From Promethearchaeota archaeon (GTDB taxonomy: Archaea > Asgardarchaeota > Lokiarchaeia > Sigyniarchaeales > SOKP01), in NCBI GenBank assembly GCA_048938855.1, contig JBHLLT010000010.1, positions 43,263 through 107,262 on the forward strand: DNA of 64,000 bases, written 5' to 3'. The position numbers and the translations under genes are program-made. Below are positions 57,809-64,000 of this stretch, in pieces (position 1 is the first letter of the stretch; every line of letters starts with the position of its first letter). A model generated the notes under the pieces. The model saw only the letters and a program-made list of their open reading frames with translations, did not search any database and was not told the origin of the DNA.

Positions 57809-59602
57809 TTATTTGATATTTTCTTCATTAGATGGAGGCTCTTCAGCTACAGGAGGTTGATATTCTCCAATATCCTTGAAAATAACTTTACATATCTCCC
57901 ATCCTTTTTCTGTTGGATATTTTAATGCATTAGCAATCAATTTCTCTCCCATATCATTGTTCAATTCTACTTTATGGAGATTTGGATTATCTTTGAGTAT
58001 CATTTCATATTTAGCGCCCCCAGTTCCTTGAGGAACAATTAGCAATCCATAGTCAATTTGCTTTTCTGCGATTGCATCTTTTAAACGTTTCGCAGCATAA
58101 TATCCTGCTACTCCAGCACTTCTGTCGAAAGTTTTAATTGAAGGAATTTCTAAACCCCATTTTTTACCTTCAGCTTCGATTAAAGCTGCTAATGTCTGTG
58201 TTTTCTTTCCAAGCTTGAATTTATACTCCAATTGTGTCTTAAACTTTTTCTTTTTTTCTTCTCCAACCATGTTTATATACTTCAACGTAGCTCCAGCAAC
58301 TGATTGTGGATTCACCTCAATGGAATATTCTTCTTCTGCTAAAATATCCTCAATCGTTTTTTTAATAACTTCTCTTGGTTTGGAAAAATCAATAACTTCC
58401 TCCGCTTCCAATTCGGTTTTAGGTCTAGCAGTGGCTACTATCTCTGCTCCAGCTTTTAATAATTCATCTACTGACATTTCCTCCATAACTATTTTATCTA
58501 TGAACCTTCTACAGAGTTTAATTGAATTTCTCGGATTACCCTTTGTTTTATCATAAATCATTTCAATCAATTTTTCATTTAATGGAAATAATGGATATAA
58601 GGGAGGATTTAGGTTATTATTTTCCCAAAATGCTTCCATAGATTTTGAAAAATAGATTTTTAGGTCATTTAAACTAAATGGTTTTAATTCCTGTTCAGGT
58701 TCCATTCGTGATCTCAAGGGAGCATCTGCGATTTCAATAATTCTTGGCCAAATTTCTTTCAACACTGCTATAGTTATAACTAGGCCTTTAACTTCATTAT
58801 ATAATCGTTTTAAAATTTCAAGGAATTTCATCTCAGCAGCTTCCCCTAACATCCTATACGGACTCTCTAATTCGTCAAAGTAAAGGATAAGAACTTTATC
58901 CAAATTTTCTGTGATAATTTTAATCATTGCAAGGCATACATCATCTTCTTCGAGTACAGAATTAATTCCTAATTCATTTAATTCCTCATCTTCTAAATCT
59001 TCTCCAAGCAGCCACCTTTCAGCAAGTGGTTTTTTATTCTTGTCTAATTGATAAGTAACAAGTGCTTTTACACAATCAGCAAATACACCAGGAAATTCTC
59101 TTATTCCTAACTGAATCACTTCATCTAATTTAGGTTTTTGGAATATTCCCTTTTTACTTCCTCCCCATTTCTTAATTAATCTATCAGATACAATATCTAT
59201 TAATTCAGCTCCAAGTTCTTCAATTATACAGGTATAAACATGAAGTAAGACTCGAATACTTGCCGGAGGACTTGGAACATAGACAATCGTCCAATCTGCA
59301 GAGGTTCCAATCTTACTAGCATCTACTTCTTCTACCTCTTGATCTCCTTCTAACTTTTTCCTGTTTTCACGTTCCTTATCCTTGAATGAATGATAAGCAT
59401 GAGTTTTTCCAGTTCCAGCTGAACCTAGAATTGGGATTAGTCTACTAGCTTTATCTCTAGACGTTTGTTGTACAAGTCTATATAATTCTCTATCTATGAA
59501 ACCACGAGGACGTGCGATATCGATCGGATCAGCAATATCTCCTCGAGACACAAAATTAGAAAAAGGCATTATTGGGGCTTCTTGTAAGACTGAGATATAC
59601 AT
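57809..59602 (-). CDS. AAA+ P-loop ATPase (DUF2791/BrxD-like features) with an uncharacterised C-terminal alpha/beta domain
   Basis: GSAGTGKT, ERWLLGE, ILYFDELE, LRSR, GNPR; frame open 13 further codons to ATT/CTG (59633-59641). Confidence 0.75.
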   Translation of the reverse strand: MYISVLQEAPIMPFSNFVSRGDIADPIDIARPRGFIDRELYRLVQQTSRDKASRLIPILGSAGTGKTHAYHSFKDKERENRKKLEGDQEVEEVDASKIGTSADWTIVYVPSPPASIRVLLHVYTCIIEELGAELIDIVSDRLIKKWGGSKKGIFQKPKLDEVIQLGIREFPGVFADCVKALVTYQLDKNKKPLAERWLLGEDLEDEELNELGINSVLEEDDVCLAMIKIITENLDKVLILYFDELESPYRMLGEAAEMKFLEILKRLYNEVKGLVITIAVLKEIWPRIIEIADAPLRSRMEPEQELKPFSLNDLKIYFSKSMEAFWENNNLNPPLYPLFPLNEKLIEMIYDKTKGNPRNSIKLCRRFIDKIVMEEMSVDELLKAGAEIVATARPKTELEAEEVIDFSKPREVIKKTIEDILAEEEYSIEVNPQSVAGATLKYINMVGEEKKKKFKTQLEYKFKLGKKTQTLAALIEAEGKKWGLEIPSIKTFDRSAGVAGYYAAKRLKDAIAEKQIDYGLLIVPQGTGGAKYEMILKDNPNLHKVELNNDMGEKLIANALKYPTEKGWEICKVIFKDIGEYQPPVAEEPPSNEENIK

Positions 59603-59819
59603 CTCCTTTTCATCATCCGAAATTTCAGAATACAGTTTAATCTACTCTCCAATTTTTATTTTTTAATAACTTAATTTATATGTAGAATAAATTTATTAAT
59701 CCAAACAATTTTTTCTAGATTATAAACTAATTAGTTTTTAGCTACTATAATATTTAATTAAAAATTTTGCTTATTAAATTTAATTAATAATTTTTAATAT
59801 GATTTATTCATAAAGAGGG

Positions 59820-60497
59820 ATGAGCTTGCCAAAAAAGAATAGAGATGATGATGAAGATGAGGATGAGGATGAAGAAAAAAAAGAACCAATTGATTTTTCC
59901 AAATTTTTTGAAGACCCAAACAAATTTTTTAGTGATCCCAATAAATTTTTAATAGATCCAACAAAACTATTCAGATCTAAAGATTTTCAAAGGCTTTTTA
60001 GAGATATTTTTGAAAAAGTAAAGGACAATTTGCCACCAGAGTTTCAGAATCTTTCACCAGAAGATATTATGAGAGAATTTACTAAGCATAAAGGTAAATT
60101 TGGATTTCCAATAACGTATGGATTTAACATTAACATTAGTCCTGATGGCAAACCAATTATTGATTCTTTTGGCAATCTCAAAGCCAAACCATATTCAGGA
60201 GAACCAGAAGTTAAAAAAGTAAGAGAACCTTTGACAGAAGTTAATGAACAAGGTGATCAAATTATAGTTATTTGTGAAATGCCAGGGGTCACAAAAGAGG
60301 AAATTGAATTAAAAGCTACTAGTGATTCATTAACTATTTCAACTAAATCTAACATTAAAGGTAGAGCTTATTATAAAGAAATTAAATTACCATCAACTAT
60401 TAATTCAGATTATGCAAGAGCACGATATACAAATGGTATTTTAGAAGTAAAACTTAAAAAAATTGATAAAAAACAGACTGATATTAAAATAGATTAG
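59820..60497 (+). CDS. Archaeal small heat-shock protein (Hsp20)
   Basis: YGFNI.I.PDGKP.I..FGN, REPL, EMPGV.KE.I, ARYTNGILEV, C-terminal IxI. Confidence 0.93.
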   Translation: MSLPKKNRDDDEDEDEDEEKKEPIDFSKFFEDPNKFFSDPNKFLIDPTKLFRSKDFQRLFRDIFEKVKDNLPPEFQNLSPEDIMREFTKHKGKFGFPITYGFNINISPDGKPIIDSFGNLKAKPYSGEPEVKKVREPLTEVNEQGDQIIVICEMPGVTKEEIELKATSDSLTISTKSNIKGRAYYKEIKLPSTINSDYARARYTNGILEVKLKKIDKKQTDIKID

Positions 60498-60622
60498 ATA
60501 AACCTCTTTTTACATATTTTTTATCAGTAATTTCTGATTTTTATTGGTAAATTTTGTACAAAGCTTTATTAATATTCACAACACATACAATTTTAATCAA
60601 TTCTAAATTGGTTAAAAAAAAA

Positions 60623-61642
60623 ATGTCTGAAAAAAGAGAATATTTGTCAAAAAGGGCTTTAATGATTATCGGACTTACCGCTTTAGTGGTATTAGTAATC
60701 GGATTGATTCTATATTACACTGGACTTAATGAAGCTTTTTATAGTTCGAGTTCTACTATCCAAGCTATTTTCAAAGCTATTACCTATCTCGGGGAGCCTA
60801 TTGTTTTTATAATTATCATAGCTATATTATATTTAGGGTATAATAAGAATTACGCTAAAAATCTAGCTGTAGTTTTACTAATCTCTCAATATCTTAATCA
60901 ATTGTTGAAATCTATTGGTCAAGATACTAGACCAGCCACAAATGTTGATGCTGGTGAAGAATATGGTTTTGTAGAGCCTTCTTATGGATTTCCCTCCGGT
61001 CATACACAAAATTCTACAGCTTTTTGGGGCTATCTTGCAAATAAATTTAAAGATAAATTTAAAAAGAATAATCTGCCCATTGTTCCAATAATTATTTCTG
61101 TTATAATATTCCTTGTTTCAATATCAAGAATGATTGTTGGAGTACACGATCTTCAAGATGTGGTAGGGGGATTTTTAATAGGTCTTGGAGTTTTACTATT
61201 AATAATATATGCTGAACCTTTTTTCTCGGAACAATTCAACAAATTAAATTTTGTTGCTAAAATAATATTAATAGCTGCGATTGCTATAATTTTATTCCTT
61301 GTTGGGACTCTTTTATTTCCAAATGCAGGTTTAGGATTAGTTACACCACCTGTTCTTTATGCTGATCATGGAGGATTTGCTCAAGTAGGAGGAGCGATAT
61401 TAGGGTTTGGCATTGGTTATCTATTGGAGCAAGAATATGTTAAATATGATCCCTCTCAATTAACTAGCAAACAGAAGATATTAAACATTATTATAATGAT
61501 AGTTGTTTTACTTGTCGTCTTTGTACCATTTGAATATTTTATATCAATTCCTAGTGTTTATTATCGATTTGCTAGATATGCATTAGCTACATTTGTATTA
61601 GGTTATGTAGTTCCCTTAATCTGTAAAAAAATCAATAAATAA
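60623..61642 (+). CDS. PAP2-family membrane phosphatase
   Basis: K......RP, FPSGH, SRM.VGVH...DV; start set at MSEKRE. Confidence 0.9.
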   Translation: MSEKREYLSKRALMIIGLTALVVLVIGLILYYTGLNEAFYSSSSTIQAIFKAITYLGEPIVFIIIIAILYLGYNKNYAKNLAVVLLISQYLNQLLKSIGQDTRPATNVDAGEEYGFVEPSYGFPSGHTQNSTAFWGYLANKFKDKFKKNNLPIVPIIISVIIFLVSISRMIVGVHDLQDVVGGFLIGLGVLLLIIYAEPFFSEQFNKLNFVAKIILIAAIAIILFLVGTLLFPNAGLGLVTPPVLYADHGGFAQVGGAILGFGIGYLLEQEYVKYDPSQLTSKQKILNIIIMIVVLLVVFVPFEYFISIPSVYYRFARYALATFVLGYVVPLICKKINK

Positions 61643-61696
61643 TTTATATTCTAAAATTTTTTTTTAATTTTTAAAATTTAAACAAGTAGATCAAAT

Positions 61697-61855
61697 TTAA
61701 ACTGATATTTCTACCTCTCTTCTTGCGACTTCTTCTAAAAGGAGGCGATTTACCATTTGTTTATCGCTTTCGGTCACCTTATTATGAGGAGTTATTATTT
61801 CATTAATATAAATATCGTCCCGATAAGGATGAGGTAAAACTTTTTCAAGGATCAT
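61697..61855 (-). CDS. Unannotated 52-aa small protein
   Basis: MILEKVLPHPYRDDIYINEIITPHNKVTESDKQMVNRLLLEEVARREVEISV*; less AT-rich than its flanks and followed by a T-tract. Confidence 0.55.
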   Translation of the reverse strand: MILEKVLPHPYRDDIYINEIITPHNKVTESDKQMVNRLLLEEVARREVEISV

Positions 61856-61921
61856 TATCAGTAAATAAAAAAAATGGTAATATATAAAATTTCCCTTTCT
61901 TCAAGGGAGAAATATGAACTT

Positions 61922-62377
61922 TCAGAAATATTCTAAAAATGGTTTTGCTTTCTTTTTTCCTTCAAGATCCTTAATAGATTCCAATATTATTTTAGACAAT
62001 TCCTTCTTTTTTTGAAAGTATATAGTCATTATTTTATCTAAAGTCATATTTGGATACCTTTCAAATAATGCATAATCTCTTTTTGGACAACCATTTCGCC
62101 TCATACAACAATACGAGAGAGAACCAAAACACACTAATTCGGAATCCCAATTGTTTTCTCTCGAAAAAGCTTCTTTAATTTTGATAAATTCTTCTGGATC
62201 AAGCCCCAACTCCTCCAATTTTTCGTCTCTTCTGCATTTAAATCCAAATGTCAGTGAATACCCCGGTTTACAACAAAATGTTAATGCACGATAGTCTCCT
62301 CCCATGCATAAAGGAACTGGAGCATTTTTTTCCCATCCGGGAAGGTCTCTAAGTTTATCTGGATCTAATTCTGTCAA
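61922..62377 (-). CDS. Methanogenesis marker 9 domain-containing Cys-rich protein
   Basis: W..AP...C.GGD.R.L.FCC, CFGSL..CC....C..RD. Confidence 0.8.
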   Translation of the reverse strand: MTELDPDKLRDLPGWEKNAPVPLCMGGDYRALTFCCKPGYSLTFGFKCRRDEKLEELGLDPEEFIKIKEAFSRENNWDSELVCFGSLSYCCMRRNGCPKRDYALFERYPNMTLDKIMTIYFQKKKELSKIILESIKDLEGKKKAKPFLEYF

Positions 62378-62416
62378 AGTTTTACCCCATTTCCCATAGT
62401 GTAAAAAAAAAAGGAG

Positions 62417-62549
62417 GGCTCGGTACGGGAATTGTTCCGAAAAGAATAAGATTCTTTTCGTTTGAACCCGTCTTTCCCCAGTAGCAAGAATTATCTTACA
62501 CTTCTAGGGATTCACAGTCCCCAATACTAACCACTATACAAACCGAGCC
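62417..62549 (-). tRNA. tRNA-His(GTG) with encoded G-1 and two 30-nt introns (variable loop 45/46: 62474-62503; T-loop 58/59: 62432-62461)
   Basis: G-GCTCGGT/ACCGAGC-C acceptor; anticodon arm GGGGA-CT-GTG-AA-TCCCT; both inserts bounded by BHB motifs. Confidence 0.92.
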
Positions 62550-63024
62550 ATAGTTCTTTTTATTTTTCAAATGATAAAAAGAATAATTCTAGATATTAAA
62601 AAAATTTTATCTATAATCTACTATTTTTTAACTGAATTTTAATATTTTTAAGTAAATTGATAAATTCATTTGGATAACTAAAAGGAACAGATAAATTTTA
62701 CTATTATTAATTCTCTAAAACTTTAAATCAAACAATTTTTTTCCTATTATTATCTTCATATCATTTTCTAATCTAAATTATTTCCACATTTTGCACAATA
62801 TATCACTTTCCTTATTAGTGGAATGCCATTTTGAGAATAATATTTCAAATCTTTTTCTATTAGAAGGATTATATTCCAATAGATTTACTCATTTTTAGAT
62901 ATTAGTAAGTAGGTCTTCATTTAGAAGATCAAGAAATAAGAGTTAAATTTAAGAGTCACCAGTATCATTTCACGCTTATTTATATAGAAAAAACCTATTA
63001 TTTACATAAAATAAATTTGAAAAC

Positions 63025-63537
63025 GTGAGACATATTATGTCAAGTGGAAAAGGATTAGCTCTTTTAGCTCTTTTAGTTGGAATATCGGGTTTAGGCTTAG
63101 GAGTTTATACAGTAGTGTTCCCCAAAGTGGAGACTATTTTTGGTATTCAAAACACATGGTTTAACTATGATTCAACTGGACTTGGATATGCAACCTCCCC
63201 CCCTGGGGCTGATATTGTTATAGATGCACTTACAATTAATTTTACCGTAAATTCAGGAGAATCAGTCTACTTTCTTTTCAATACCTTTGCTATCATAACT
63301 GTAGGATCACCTGGAATAATTCAGATTAACTTCTTTTTAGACGGGGTAAAAAAGGAACCTCCTACTTATCCTGAAATGATATTTGGTTCTGATGGAACTC
63401 AATATGGTTCAGTTACTCTTCAAGTTGCTAAAGTAATATCTGCTGGGTTTCATAATTTAACAGTTGTAATAGCAGGGACAGATGCGAGTAATGGGATTAA
63501 GGATTGTACTCTATTAGTTCAAACATTTATTCCCTAA
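63025..63537 (+). CDS. Signal-anchored beta-rich extracellular protein
   Basis: KGLALLALLVGISGLGLG anchor followed by a beta-strand-rich domain. Confidence 0.7.
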   Translation: MRHIMSSGKGLALLALLVGISGLGLGVYTVVFPKVETIFGIQNTWFNYDSTGLGYATSPPGADIVIDALTINFTVNSGESVYFLFNTFAIITVGSPGIIQINFFLDGVKKEPPTYPEMIFGSDGTQYGSVTLQVAKVISAGFHNLTVVIAGTDASNGIKDCTLLVQTFIP

Positions 63538-63551
63538 TAATAAAATTTCAA

Positions 63552-63584
63552 TCTGATTATAAATCAGAATTTTACTTTTTTTTT
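63552..63584 (+). terminator. Hairpin plus oligo-T tract after 63025..63537
   Basis: TCTGATT..AATCAGA followed by TTTTACTTTTTTTTT. Confidence 0.45.
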
Positions 63585-63866
63585 AGATTTTTTAACTTAT
63601 AATTGATTTATATTGGAATAGCTAGTTTTACAGATATTATCTTATCCTGGTACAAACCATATCTTATCTGTTATTAATATTGATCATTTTATTCTCAGCA
63701 CTATATTTTATTGACTTTATTATGGTTATTTAGACCTCTGGATTTCTGATTCGGCTTAGATTGAACTCCATGTAATTTAAATGGATTCATATAAACACAA
63801 ACATAATTTTAAATAGCTGCAGTTTCTTATTTGTACTAAAATAATATATTAAAGAGTTGAGATTTT

Positions 63867-64000
63867 ATGGGAAAAGAAAAAGAAAAGGACAAAGACAAAG
63901 ATAAAGAGAAGGAAAAGAAAGACAAAGATAAAGAGAAAGACAAAGATAAAGATAAAGAGAAAGAAAAAGAGAAGGAGAAAAAGGAGAAAAAAGAGAAAGA
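63867..64000 (+). CDS. Start of an ORF made of (K-D/E)n low-complexity repeats, cut by the window edge
   Basis: MGKEKEKDKDKDKEKEKKDKDKEKDKDKDKEKEKEKEKKEKKEK... Confidence 0.6.
   Translation, partial: MGKEKEKDKDKDKEKEKKDKDKEKDKDKDKEKEKEKEKKEKKEK

Noticed and set aside
3438-58556. Many short antisense or nested ORFs in the track (e.g. 3438, 8738, 13124, 41558, 43399, 58215)
   Set aside because: They lie opposite or inside well-supported genes and carry no motifs; shadow ORFs
57809-59602. BREX defence system
   Set aside because: No pglX, pglZ, brxC or brxHI genes in the window

Overview
Very AT-rich, gene-dense archaeal chromosomal window, most consistent with an Asgard archaeon of the Lokiarchaeia/Promethearchaeota type. 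This is inferred from the archaeal histone, Rps8e, SRP19, proteasome beta subunit and archaeal GluRS occurring together with Rag-like and longin-fused small GTPases. It holds about 55 protein genes (housekeeping, lipid/organic-acid metabolism, proteolysis) and three tRNA genes: Pro(GGG), His(GTG) with two non-canonical introns, and Arg(GCG) with two introns, one of which splits the anticodon. I found no CRISPR array, rRNA or recognisable transposase. The most notable locus is 52.2-57.8 kb. There a Rag/Gtr-like GTPase and a longin-Arf-like GTPase fusion converge on a gene whose N-terminal longin domain carries a folliculin/NPRL2/SMCR8-type 'ARG' arginine-finger motif, fused to PAS-GAF-PAS sensor domains with no kinase. 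A second longin protein lacking that arginine lies nearby. Together these suggest a sensor-gated GTPase-GAP switch resembling an ancestral Rag-FLCN/GATOR1 system. All family calls come from motif recognition by eye; no searches were run.
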